Under the pieces are notes generated by a model. The model was not told where the DNA came from. It saw only the letters and a list, made by a program, of their open reading frames with translations, and made no database searches. This document shows positions 24,961 to 37,493 of a stretch of DNA of 64,000 nt, one piece after another. A program made the translations under genes and the position numbers. Source of the stretch: Callorhinchus milii (Eukaryota); the NCBI RefSeq assembly GCF_018977255.1, contig NW_024704742.1, positions 89,096,001-89,160,000 on the forward strand, in the 5' to 3' direction. Within the stretch, counting starts at the first letter, position 1; every line of letters begins with the position of its first letter.

Positions 24961-26149
24961 TGTGTAACTTGATGAGTTTAAAAAAAGGCTCCTTAGGAAT
25001 GCAATAGCTTTACTTGCACCTACCTAGTCCATGAAAAAAGAGAAAAAACAACTTAACAACAACTTGCATTTATATAGCGCCCTTCACACAATGTAATGTC
25101 CTGTAACACTTAAATATGATATAAACTGTGCCTCTAGTAGGGCTCATCCCCATCTCCATCACGCTGGCTCACAAGACTTTGGCTCCGAGAATACCTAAGA
25201 ACCAAGATCGCAGAGATTGGTATGTCGTGACCTACATGGGTTCCCTGCTGGAACTTCAAGCTCTTTTTCCTTTTTTTGCTCAGGCGAGTGTCTGACACAT
25301 GAGGAAACCCATCTCTGTGCTTAAGAGTATACAATCCAAACACAGTTCCATACATCCCACCTACACATGGAAATTCCAGAGATGTTTATTGTAGTATGCA
25401 TTCTCTCCCCAGAGGGATGCATCCGGCTTACCTAATTCCAGAAAATATTCGGCACATCTTAACAAGATTCTGATGTTCCATTGTTAAGCATGTCACCTTG
25501 GAGCCAGTCAGCTCCAAGGAAACCCTGCTTACCTCCCCCCAAAGAGTGTCTTTTTCCCACAGCAAGAACCTATGACATTCCTGAGGAGTGTTTTTCAATC
25601 CTGCTGCCTTATTTTGCTCCTCGACCCTTTGTTTTGTACTTTCAGAATTGCAATGAGCCATTTATAATAATAATAGAAGAATAGAATAAGAATAATAAGA
25701 GTATAACAATCCATATTTTATATAGCTGCTACAAAGCCAAACCTTCTCAAAAGTTCTTCACAGGCAATTGCTACAAATAATAACAATCCTTACATTTGAT
25801 TTAGCGCTTTCACATTCAGAGGGACATCCCAATGTGCTTCACAGGATTTGGTGTAAAGCGTAGTGACTGTGTACACAGACAAATATTGCAACATTGCAAA
25901 TATCGTAAATCAAGTTTAATAATGTAAATTAGATCCCAATGTATGAAATTCTTTGAGACGTTTGTTCATAAGGTGCTAATATCAAATTAAAAATCATTAT
26001 TGTAGGATTATAAAACTGATTTAAATTTAAGTCTTAATCTGGAAGACAAGTGCTAGAAAAAGACAGTAACTTTCCCACAATTCTATGCTATTTTGTCTTC
26101 AGACAAAATGGTCTGACTAGTTAAGACTAGGTGGCATTGCAGGGTGAGG

Positions 26150-27400
26150 CTGGGCAAACAGCCAGCAATGGTCGTTCTTGGTCCTGTGTATGCTTATGTC
26201 CCTCCATAATTATCTTCTAGGTAGACAGAATGATCTTTCTAGGTGCACAAAAGCAGAATGTTTTAGTTACACTGAATGGTTCCTAATGTTCCTCTCTTCA
26301 CGGTTGAAAACAACAGTAAACGACGTGCTGCACAACTGCCAGTGCACACTCAGCATTTTGACCAAATATAATTTGTTCTGCGAGAAAGCAAGCCACTGAG
26401 GCTAAGCGCTATGAAATTTAGACTTTGAGAAGCAAACCTGTCCTTCAGGATCTGCAGAGAATGATTACTGCTCTTTAGTGATTGATGAAGGGCACTTTAA
26501 AATGGTAATTATACTGCAAAAGCATTGGGCTAAAAATTCTAACCAGTCCTTCCTTCTGCTGAGACTGAAAGCAAACATTAGCCTTTCCAAAGAAGATTCA
26601 CGGACCTTCGGTGCCTTCTGTTTTCTCCTGGGTGTTAATAAGATACTTTCCACAGTGCCAATCATCCAGGGATTCAGTTTCGCGTATCTGCCCTTTCATC
26701 TACTGTTACCAAATGGGATGACAGATTGATAATCTCCTGTCAATTTGTCATCCACAGCCTCCCAGTCGATCATGCCAAAAGGATAAGGCTTTTTGATGAC
26801 CGTAACATCAGGAGGTGTGTACATTGTTAATAGCTTTTTTTAAAAAAAAGCAAAAATGGAACAAATGACCTCTGTTCGTTTTGATGTGGTGGAAGCTTTG
26901 GACTCTTATAGAGTTTCAAAAATTATGTTTCACCTCAATTCACGTACGAGAACAGCACATTTTCTTTAACTGAATAAACCAAGACCATGCCATAAAGAAA
27001 ATAATTAATACTAAAGGTATGAATTTTACTAGTAGTAACTGGATTTAAAAACCATGAGACTGCAACAGTGACTCAATGTGGCGCAATCCCTTAAATCTGA
27101 ACAATTTGCAGTCAGTTTGCATTTTGCGTTCAATTTATCAATATTTTGGTACTAGCTTCATATATACTATGTCAGTATTAAAAATATAATTTACGTTATG
27201 CATATTTACTAAAAACAAAGCAGTTATAATACCGTGTTAAAATGGGCTTCTGAAACAAAATGGCTGCCAATTCAACTGACCTTCAGGTTACTTTAAACGT
27301 TACTTCCTGTGCATCGCTCACATAAACAATCACAACTTACACCACCGTAGTGCCTTTCACATTGGATAATATCTGATTTGACAACCCAGAAGGCTGCTAT
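26150..27400 (+). pseudogene. N: Hantavirid-like nucleocapsid (S segment) remnant (EVE)
   Basis: LMFLSSRLKTTVND (cf. LYMLSTRGRQTVKE), EGHFKMVI (cf. PGRFRTIV), VNKILSTVPIIQGFSF (~26634-26681; cf. VRNIMSPVMGVIGFSF), WDDRL (cf. WSDRI) and TPP*CL....ISDL (~27340; cf. CPPTCLFIAGMAEL), all colinear. Confidence 0.7.
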
Positions 27401-28362
27401 CTTTTAACTTGAGAAGTTTGCTGGTCAAAACTGGAATCCGAATGTACCACACTCCTGGACAGTAGACTGTAAGTGAATCCTGTACTACAGGACTTAAATT
27501 CCACCTAGTCTTAGCCTTCAAGAAGATTCTGTCTTAACATTTAAGACAAAGCAGAATTATAGAAAATTCTTAATTAAGCCTTGATTTGGAAGCCAGGTTT
27601 TCCATGGGTCTTAGAAAAAGAAAGTGGCTTCTGAATTAAGAATTAAATACTTGTCCACAATTCTACGCAATCTTAACATTTGAGACAAAATAATCTGATG
27701 GGCCATTATAACGGGGTCACCCATTATTGTATTCAAGAAGAAAAACATACCAGAAAGGCTTAAAGCGAGTATTCTGTCTTCATTCAGTCATTCCCAATGA
27801 AGTGTTAAGTGTTCTGGCATGAACCTGTGGGATGAGTTTCTGTGGTTCCTTCCCATCTGTTCATCCCTGTTCAAAGCCAATGATCTTTACATTTTAAAAC
27901 TGTTAGTAAAAGACTGTGCAATGACTTAAGACTAAAGGGAGCAGTTGACAGAAAAGCAGCATTGTGACTATGTTTGAGGCAGAATGCAATCATCGGGTAT
28001 TCAGGAGCTGTCCATTGCAGCACTCAGCAACTACACGAGCAACAATAGCTAATGCCTGGGTTCCTACTCCTTTGGAGAAACTAGCTCTTCTCTAATACAG
28101 ATGCAAGTGCTTCCATAGGATCAGGCTTTACCTCTAGACTTGTTTTATAGTAGTAAACTGCAAGGAGTTGTGCACTGATTTAGCTTCTGCTTTTCCCAAT
28201 AAATAAAAGGATTAAAAACCAGACTTGAACTCACATTTTGTTTAAATAAATATACCACCACTGATGTAATTTACTGTATGCTGCATTCACCCATGTTATG
28301 AAGGTGACACACCGCTAATCGGTTTATTTAAATGTAAATTGTGATGTATTCAGATTCCCACA

Positions 28363-28670
28363 GAGTAGTGGTTAAAACATTTGCCTCGCAAGCAAAAAAA
28401 CACAGGTTCAATTCCCGCGTGGGGTGAAACCTTAGGCAAGATTCTTTACTTCACACACCTCTGTTTATCTAGCAGTAAGTAAAATCTCGGATTTAGGCGA
28501 TTGGCGGATCGCTTTCTGAAAGTAATAAGCCCTCNAAAAAAAATTGTCACTCAATGTTTGTGGGACACTTCTGTCTGCAATTGGCTGCCGCATTTGTCCA
28601 CAAATACACCGTTTATTACAATGTATTCTGTGAAGTGCTTTGAGTCGTCAAATGCAAAGATTATTATTAT
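28363..28670 (+). mobile_element. tRNA-derived SINE (same family as 52881-53200)
   Basis: gtagtggttaaaacatttgcctcgcaagcaa..ggttcaattccc..gaaaccttaggcaag.. with a (TTA)n tail. Confidence 0.8.
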
Positions 28671-28699
28671 AAGGAATGAAAACATCACAGGGATATAAC

Positions 28700-30220
28700 A
28701 AACAACAACAACTTGTATTTATATAGTGCCCTTGACACAGGTAGCACCTCAGAGTGCTTAACAGTGATGTGGTTTGATGGTGAGCTGAAAAGAGGGTAGG
28801 TGACCAAAGGCATGGCCGAAGAGGAAATTCGTCAGGTGGCATTTGAAGACAGGCAAACAGGGGCCAAGTCAGAGGACTTGAGGTAATACATGTAGGAGAT
28901 TACAAGGCATAGTGGCTGAAAACATGGATCAGCAGAAGAGTGAGGAACCGTGCAGAAGACCTGTACCAGCTGAGTGAAAGTGATGGGTTGTGGAACAACA
29001 ACAACAAAAATACGTTTGTATAGAGCCTTTAACATCGGGAGGACATCCCAAGGTGCTGGACAGTCAGTATTTCAGACCTGAGCTCGGAATTGGGATTGGG
29101 GAGGGTGGAGGGCGGGGGGAAGCAGGGTGATCGAAAGTATGGTCGAAGAAGAGGGTCTTGAGATGGGTCTTGAAGGAGACAAGGGAGGGGGCGAGGCAGT
29201 GGGACTGCGGAATGGAGTTCCAGAGGATGGAGGCAGAGTGGCAGAAGGCCCAACCGCCGATGGTGGGCAGGTGAGTTGGGGGATGTGAAGCAGGCCGGAG
29301 CCCACTGAACGGAGAGAGCAGGCTGGTTGGTAGAGGAATAGGAGGTCGCCGAGGATGATCTGCAGCCTATGGAGGGAGGAATTGGGGAGTCCAACAAGCA
29401 AGGAGTTTGCATTGTCAAGCCTTGATCTTATGAATGCATGTCTAAGGGTTTCGACTCCCTTCAGTGTGAGATAATGGCAGAGCCGGGTGATGGAGCAGAG
29501 GTGGGGGAAGGCAGAGCTGGTCTTGGCACGGATGTGGAGGTAGAAAGAATAGTTGAGGGGCAAACAAAATGCCAAGTTTCCGGACTGGCTTAGAAAGATG
29601 GAGTGTGCTTTCATGGATGGTGATATTGTCAGTGGAGCGGTGTATCAGCAGATTGGAGAGGTAGGGAGGTGCCAGGGTGTAAAATGATTTGAAAGTGAGC
29701 ATGAGAATAGGTTTCCATAGGTCGTTCAGCTTCTCTCTTGGTAAGTGCTATTCAATTCATGGCGTACAGTTGCTTCCTGTTTTACAACAACAACAAGATT
29801 CCATTTATTGAGCGCCTTTCACATCGGGAGGACGTCCCAAGGCTCTGTACAGTTGGATCAGGACCGGAGCAAGGGGAAAATGGTCAGGGTGAGGGGAGGG
29901 AAGGGAGGGAGTGAGGAGGGGGTAGAGAGTCGAGAGGGGAGCTGAAGGCACGGTCAAAGAGAAAGGTCTTGAGACCGGCCTTGAAGGAGGAAAGGGAGGA
30001 GGCGGCAAAGGCACTGGGGTATGGAGTTCCAGAGCCTAGGGGCTGAGAGGCTGAAGGCCCGGCCACCGATAGTAGGGCGGTTGGGGTGGGGGATGTGGAG
30101 CAGACCGGAGCCAGAGGAATGGAGGGTACGGGCGGGTAGGTAGGGGGATAGTAGGTCGGAGAGGTAGGAGGGAGCAAGGCCGTGAATGGCCTTGTAGGTG
30201 AGGGTGAGGATCTTGAATTA
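28700..30220 (-). mobile_element. Cluster of L2 3' fragments
   Basis: Three (AAC)n tails (28700, 28996, 29785), each followed by reverse-complement L2 C-terminal sequence. Confidence 0.88.
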
Positions 30221-30879
30221 CTTTGTTTACAAGGAAAGAGGCCAGCTCACACAATGCATCAGGGCATATTTCTTCCCTAGCCAAGAAAGCACAGTCAAAG
30301 AGGATTTTAGAAGGGTGCTGAAAGCGGAGAGGGACGCGCAAGTTAGTAGGCTTGAGGGAGAGAGCTCCAGAGAGCAGAGTCAATAAAATGTAGAAACATT
30401 CTTGTAATCTTCTCTATACTTTTATGCCTGGTTTAATTGTTGTTTTCTTCCTCACAAATTTCAGAAAATATGAATTGATCCAGTCATTTTGGCGGGTGAG
30501 TCAGCCAAATAGATTCTAACTTGGTCTCACCCATCTAGAATGTGTTTTACCTATCAGCTGAAAAGGATGATTTTATGTAGAATTACATAGAAACAGGCTA
30601 TTTGACCCAAGTAGTCTGTGCCAGTGTTTATATTCAATACAAGTCTCCACCCCTCTCCTGTACCCCTTGATTCCCTTCTCCCTCAATATGTATAGATTCC
30701 TCTTAAATATACTTAAGGGAAGTATATTTAAGAAGATAGTCTGCTTCAACCACAATTTTCCTCTGGGTTGTAAATTTACTGATCTTTAGTCATTCTTTGC
30801 TTGTTGATATCTTTATCAACTTTGGCTCTGTAAGTTTATAATAGGAGCAAATAGAGCTGTGTGAAGTTGGAGGTGATAG

Positions 30880-32300
30880 GCTCATGGAGTGTGGTGCAGG
30901 AAAGGGCTGTAAAATTTTGGATGATTTGCAGCTTGTGTAAAGGAACTCAAGAATCCATTGAGTGGACCATTATAGTTGAGCTTGGAAATGATAAAGGTGT
31001 GAACGAAGCAGCCAGGAGGAGAGGATGGTAAGTGGGGGGAGGAGTAGTAGAAGTGGGTCATGTTGCACAGATGATGGAAAATTGAATGAATAAGCGTTCT
31101 TTGTATGGCTTGAAGAATTGTTGGAGTCAAACAGGAGACTGAGATTCCAACCAACAATGTGGTGGAGTGAGCACCTATGAAGCCCAATGTTACCTGTGGC
31201 TGAGTTGAGGAGATGCTGATGGAAGGCAAGCAGGAGAGCTTCAGTCTTGTTGACATTTATCTGTAGAAAGTCAGAACTGAATCCAGTACTTGATGTCTGA
31301 TAAGCAATCAGTTGTTACAGCAGTGGTCCTAGAATTGAGGCTAGAAGCGGAGAGGTAGAGTTGGGCGTAATCCATGTACATGTGGAACTGGACTCCATGC
31401 CTGTGGACGACATTGATGAGCAGGAGCATATATGTAGTGCAGAGGGGAGGAGTGAGGATGGAGCCAACAGGAACAGTACATGTGACTGTGCAATTGCAGG
31501 AGGGAAACCATTGGAGGGGACAGTAAAGACAATGGTAACACAGGGTAGAGCAGGGAGGAGAGACAGTGAAGATGGAGCAGTCAACTGTGTCGAAGAGGGG
31601 CAGAAAGACCAAGGAGAACATGTAGTCAGAACTATACTGGATTGAGGAGGAAGAGAATACTGTTGTGATTTTGTTTGGGGCAGTTGGTGTGGATAACAAG
31701 GACTTGTATATAGTAGCAGAAGAGGGAACAAAGCTGGGAGGCGATGAAACACATTCCAGGAGCTTGGAAAGGAGGGGGAGTTTGAAAATGGAGCAGTAGC
31801 ATGAGAGCTTGGAGAGGTCGAGGGCACGTGGAGCAGGAGTGATTACAGCAGTTTTGAAGGGGAGAGTACTTAACCAGTGGAGACGGAGAGGTCAATGACA
31901 TTGGCTAGCAGGCAAGTGAAAAGGGACAGCTGTGTGGACAACAACAAATAAATGACATTGTATAGCACCCTTCAATTTGGGAGGACTTCCCAAGGCACTG
32001 GACAGTCAAGGATTTGGACCCGAGCTGGGGGTTGGAATCAGGAGGGAATGAAGACTGGGGGTAGAAGTGTGACCAAAGATCTTCAGCCAAGCCTTGAATG
32101 AGGCAAGAAAGGGGGTGGAGTGAAGGCAATGTGGATGGAGCTCCAAAGTCAGTGAGACTGAAGGCCCGTTCGCTGATGATGGGGCGGGCAGGAGATATCA
32201 GAGCAGGCTGGAACCCGTTGAATAGAGGTAGCGGACAGCTCGGTATGGAATTTGCAGATCATAGAGGTAGGGAGGAGCAAGGTCATGAAGGACTTTGAAA
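30880..32300 (-). mobile_element. Older L2 RT fragment plus L2 3' end
   Basis: FDTVD..VPVGSILTPPL..RHGVQFHMYMDYAQLY..TDCLSDIK in ORF 31271..31699. Confidence 0.8.
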
Positions 32301-34039
32301 ATGGACAGGAGCAGTGTGGGTAATCTGTAAAATTGGAGAAACTCTACCTCTTGTATATTAAATGCAGTAGGAATCAATAAGGTCATTTATTATCTCTTGA
32401 TGCTTCATGAATATGTGATTAAAGTTCAGAAGAAGCAGGACTGAAAGGTTCCATGACAAAGATTTAGTGCCCAATTATTGACTGAGACTAATAACAAATT
32501 CATGCAGGTTCAGTCATATTTTTACATGCTAAAAAACATCAACTGTTCCAAAGAAATAGCAATTGTGAATATTGAAGCTCAGTGCTCACATAGTAGGGGA
32601 AGGAGGGGAGGCAGGTGGTCAACAAGGGGTAAATACAGTGTTTCATAATTAACACATCAACTTTGTTATGAAATGTTATACATTTGTGTCCTGGAGTATT
32701 GCAGATCTGCTGGGCTCACGAACTGGACCACTGAGATCGGCATAGAGTGTTGACCCAATTCTCACAGGTTATTGCCAAGCATGTCACCTTGCAGCCAAAA
32801 TATGGCATGTGCTATCAATAAAGTGCATACAGTGAAGAGTGGTTAAGATCCTACATTCAAGGGAAAGGAATTGTGAAAAATAACAATTCTCGATTGTTCA
32901 GTTTTGTTCATTTTGGGCTCGCATCAAGGCTGAGGAATCTTACCCTGAGAAACATAATATGTTCCTAATGGGATCATCCAGTGTCAGCATGAAGCACTCC
33001 CAGGTCAGGTATAGCAAAGTCGGCTACTGGGCAAAATTGCCTCTACTTTGCTTTTGTGATACATTTTAACTCCAAAGAGCACTCCTGCCTTACCATTCCA
33101 ACAATTTTCCATTTCCCACACTAGTTATCTTGTGACCTCTTCAAGTGTGAGTATTAGCTTAGTGCTGTTTAGTTGCTATATTGGGTAGTTTTATCCTGTG
33201 GAACTTCCCTTTGAGAAAATGGGCTGAGACTGCCTCGTAAGATGACTGTCTGTAAGCTTCTCCGTTCTTCTCTAGTTAGGACCACCCTACCTTCCGGGGC
33301 TGGAGCTTGCAGAGTTAACATAAATTGAACCCCAAACAGTTCTTAATAACATTGGCTTGCATTTATGTAGCACCCTTCACATAGAACAATGTATCAGAGC
33401 ACCTCACAATGGTCAGACACTGAGATAGGAGTAAGGGGAGAGGGATGTGGTCATAGACACAGTTGAAGAGAGAATTTTTAAGGTGGGATTTAGAGATAGA
33501 TAGAGAGGGGTAGAGGCAGAGGGTCCCAGAGATTGGGTGGGATGGTGGGGGTTATAACTGAAGGCTCAGCCACTGATGCTGGTGTGAAGGGATTTGTATG
33601 TGGGGGTGAGGACTTTGAAATTGATTCATTCGGAGGCAAGGTGTCAGTGGAGCCAATTTTCTGCATTTCGTAAAAGGAACCAGCTTCCAAATTAAGACTA
33701 AGTTTAATGATCTTCCACAATTCTGTGTAATCTTAAGATTGGAGGCAAATTTTAGCCTTTGATGATGATTATGATAAATAATAATGATAATTTGAGCACT
33801 TTATAATAATAAATATAATCTTTACATTGATATTGGGCCTTTCATGTCCGGAGCTCATCTCCAAGCTCTTCACAGAATATACTGTAAAGTCCAGTGATTG
33901 TATTTGCAGGCAATAGTGACAGCTCATTTTGCTCACAGTAATATCCCATACACAGCCATGAAGTGAATGGCTAATTTTATCTGGTGAATTGGTGGCCAAG
34001 AAACCGGGAGAAATTCCCTTCTCTTTTCGAATAATAGAA

Positions 34040-34642
34040 TCATAGGGTCATAGAATTATACAGCACAAAAGGAGGCCATTCGGCCCATTGTGGTTGTGCC
34101 GGATCTTTGAAAGAGCTGTTCAAATTAATCCCACTGCTCCGCTTTTTCCCATTAGCCTTGCAAATTTGCCCTCCCCAAATATCTATCTACATCTCTCTTG
34201 AAAGTTGTTATTGAATCCTTACTTTTGTATTCTATGCCCCTATTTATAAAGCCTAGTATCCCGTATGTTTTCTTAACAGCTTTATCTACCTGTCCTGCCA
34301 CCTTCAAAGATTTACTTATATGAACCTCCAGGTCTCTTTGTGCCTTAACTCCCTTTAGGATTGTACCATCTAGCTTATACTGCATCTACTCATTTTTCCT
34401 CCCAAACTGCATCACTTTGCATTTCCCCGCATTAAATTTCATCTGCCATGTGTCTTCCCATTTTACCAGTCTGTCTATGTCCTCTTGCAGTCGGCGACTA
34501 TCCTTTCAATGATTACTACTTTTCCTAGCTTTGTAACATCTGCAAACTTGGAAATTGTACTCCCTATACCCAAGTCCAGGTCACTTATGTAGATTAAAAA
34601 GAGCAGTGGTCCTAATACCAACCCCTGGGGGACACCACTGTA
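34040..34642 (-). mobile_element. CR1 LINE 3' fragment (internally deleted)
   Basis: [30 protein letters not shown] and GILGFINRGIEYKSK; similar to 15525-16592. Confidence 0.9.
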
Positions 34643-35789
34643 ATAGTGAAATAGTGCCATGGAATCTTAAACAGTCATCTGAACAAGCACCATTAGTTTA
34701 CATCTCATCCAAAGGACGGCAACTCCTTCCTCAAGCAGCGGATTGAAACATAAGCCTAGACATAGCATTTCAAAGCATCCAGAATTTGGCAAAATGTTGA
34801 ATTCAATCATTAGCTCTGCAGTTCTTAAAAGAACCAAAATTCAAATAATTAAACCAATTAATAACTTGCCAAATTCTCAACACTCTAAAATGCAAAGCAA
34901 GTTGAGTAACTCTTGAGCTGGGTGCAATTTCTCCCCACAGATCTGTTATGACACAGCACGTGTTTCACTCCTCATTGGGGTAGACAATAAAACTGAATGT
35001 GGAGTCACTGTGGACACAAGCAGTATGGTAATATTGAAGAGGGCGTCAAAATATAGTGTCAAGATTGTGATTTAAGGCAGGGGCTGTCTTAATCATTTCA
35101 TTTAGGGTTTCTATCCTTAGGGGTTTCATTGCCGGCAGTGTGGTTGCTGTGGAAACTATTTCTGTAGTTGATTTAACATGTCATGTTATTCTGGAATGTC
35201 ATGTTATTCTGGAAATAAGCCTAAAATGTCATCTAATCTTAGGTAGAAGTCCAAGATGGCCTTAAAATTTATAGTGCAGCCTTGTGGAAATTTCTTAAAT
35301 ACATTGTTAATTTGAAAAGGTTTCTGCAGTTGCAAAAACATATTTTTTCATAAGTTTGCCGATCTTAAATTTTAACAGCATGGTTTTACACGTTAACACC
35401 ATGTGTTATTCCAGTCCTTCCAATGTAGTACTGTGAAAGTATTGTGAAATTAAAGTATGCATTGTTAACCTATTGTTCGACCTACTTCAACCCAACTGAC
35501 CTAGCCAGTCCCATTGCTCAGTGACCTTTCTGCTCCAGCATCAGCCATTCTACCCCCACTCTCTGAAACTTCATCCTAGAATCCCTCCAATTCCCTCCCT
35601 CACCTCATGCACGACGTTTTCTTCGATCATGCTTTTGACCACCATTCCCCTCCCAATCCCTTCTGGTTTCCACCACAAGCTTGAATGCCTAGCAGGCAGC
35701 ATCCAGCACTTTGAGACATCCTCCCAACCCGAAAGGTCCTATATTTGCAACCTAAGTCCATGATGGAAGCTGGCACATAGTCTCACTTG

Positions 35790-36232
35790 TGTGTCAGCCT
35801 TCTGCAGTGATAAACTCTCACCTCTGAGTCAGAAGGTTATGGGTTTAAGACCATGTTGGGACTTGGAATCACATAGTCTAAGATGACACTCCAATGCAGT
35901 GCTGGGGGAGGTGTGGTATTATCGGAGATGCCATCCTTTGGATGAGATGTTAACTAAGATCCCATCTGCCTGTTCAGACAGACTTTAAAGATCCCATGGC
36001 ATTATTTGAAAAGAGAAGGGAGTTTCTTCTTGTGTCCTGGCCAACAATCACCCAAATAAAATTGGTCACTCACTTCATGGCTGTTTGTGGACATTGCTGT
36101 GTGTAAACTGTCTGCAACATTAGCCCCAAAAATATAGTCAAACCACTTTACAGTATATCCTGTGAAGTGCTTTGAGATGTTTCAACGGCATGATAAGGTG
36201 CTACATAAAGTGGAAGGATTATTATTATTATA
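35790..36232 (+). mobile_element. Full-length Deu-type tRNA SINE
   Basis: ctctcacctctgagtcagaaggttatgggttt head, gatcccatggcattatttgaa core and (TTA)n tail. Confidence 0.87.
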
Positions 36233-37493
36233 ACCGAAGCAAAGAGTCTGAATCTCTCTGGTGAACACATGGATTAAATCTGTTCAGTGTGGATTTAAAG
36301 TGTCAGGTGGCAAGCATACATCACAGAGCGGTGAGCGAACAGACTGAGCAGCCTAATATTGTGTGGACATGCAAATCCTAACAATTCATATCTGTTTCCT
36401 GCCTCTTTTTTGTTTGTTTCACAAGATAAAGCGCTTATAGATTGAGTGAATGAAAAGTAGGGTCCTCAGCCACTTTAGCCGTTGATTTGTGGCATTCACC
36501 ATGCTATCGACTGGTCAGTTTAAATATTCTCATAATTATTAAAACCGTGTGAGCTGTCGATGCTCCCACATTAGTCAGGAGTAATGTACTGAATAGAGTA
36601 GAAATGGTGGTTTAGGCCTCAGTGGACATACCACTTTATCATTGTACAATGCAACAGCTCTCTCGGTTGCCGCTGTTCATCTTCCAGGGGAACTTCAGGA
36701 CAGGGTGAAGCATTGGAAATGGTTAGAACGTACAAGATGATTTCTCATTACTCAGTTCTCTTTGAGCCATTTCATTTTTCAAGGTTTAATCTGCACGACT
36801 CCTGTAACGAATGAATAATAGCCACTTGGGGTGAAGTACAGGAATCATGAGGGGATCCCTCCTGCAGTGTGTCCATTTCCATACATCACTGTTAACATGA
36901 TTAATTTACTTACACATTGATCTTATTTTACATTCTCTGTATATTTGCTAAAACGCAGCAAACATTCATGGGCCTACATGGTCTGGGTGCCACTATTCCA
37001 ATTTTCAACCACAACAATTTGTGGCCCTTCATATAGAATAACGTCTCAGAGTACTTCACAAGGAGATGGGGTCGGAAGTTAAGCATGGGAGGAGGGGGAG
37101 GGAGGGAGAGGAGAGGGGACCATAAACATCATCAAAGGGGTAGTCATTTAGGTGGGATTTTATCAATATATTATTATGATGTTCACCTACAAAAAAGTCA
37201 TTAAACTACAGTAAACCCTGTGAAGCACTTTGAGACGTCCTCCCGACATGAAAGGGCGATATCATATGTAAGAGTTATTATTATTATTATAAAGCAACAT
37301 AAACAAAGTTGCATCCAAGTATCCTAACTTGGAAGTTCTCCTTTCACTGGTATAATAGTTAGGATGAAATTATGTTGCAGAAACAGTAGATCTGAAATAA
37401 GCATGTAGTGAACATACTGTGAGATTTTCACTTGTATGTGAAACGATAATTATTAAAGACTTTAATATTTTCAAAATCACACAATGTCTCTCT

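Larger units (their letters stand above)
27840..36900 (+). pseudogene. Hantavirid-like M segment (Gn/Gc precursor) remnant spread between TE insertions (EVE)
   Basis: G-x4-K-x12-IGYSG (27992; same spacing as GPANAK..IAYSG); KGSM and C....CEY* of the Gn-tail zinc finger (~32445-32575); KCYTFVSW (32671; cf. RCYIFTMW); HW/VD.KT, GRGC and CGCCGNYF (35139; cf. CTACGVYL); LI*KGFC..KFAD (cf. LIFKHWC..QFGD); FQGL, TWG and SCSVS (~36780-36880). All in M-segment order. Confidence 0.72.
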
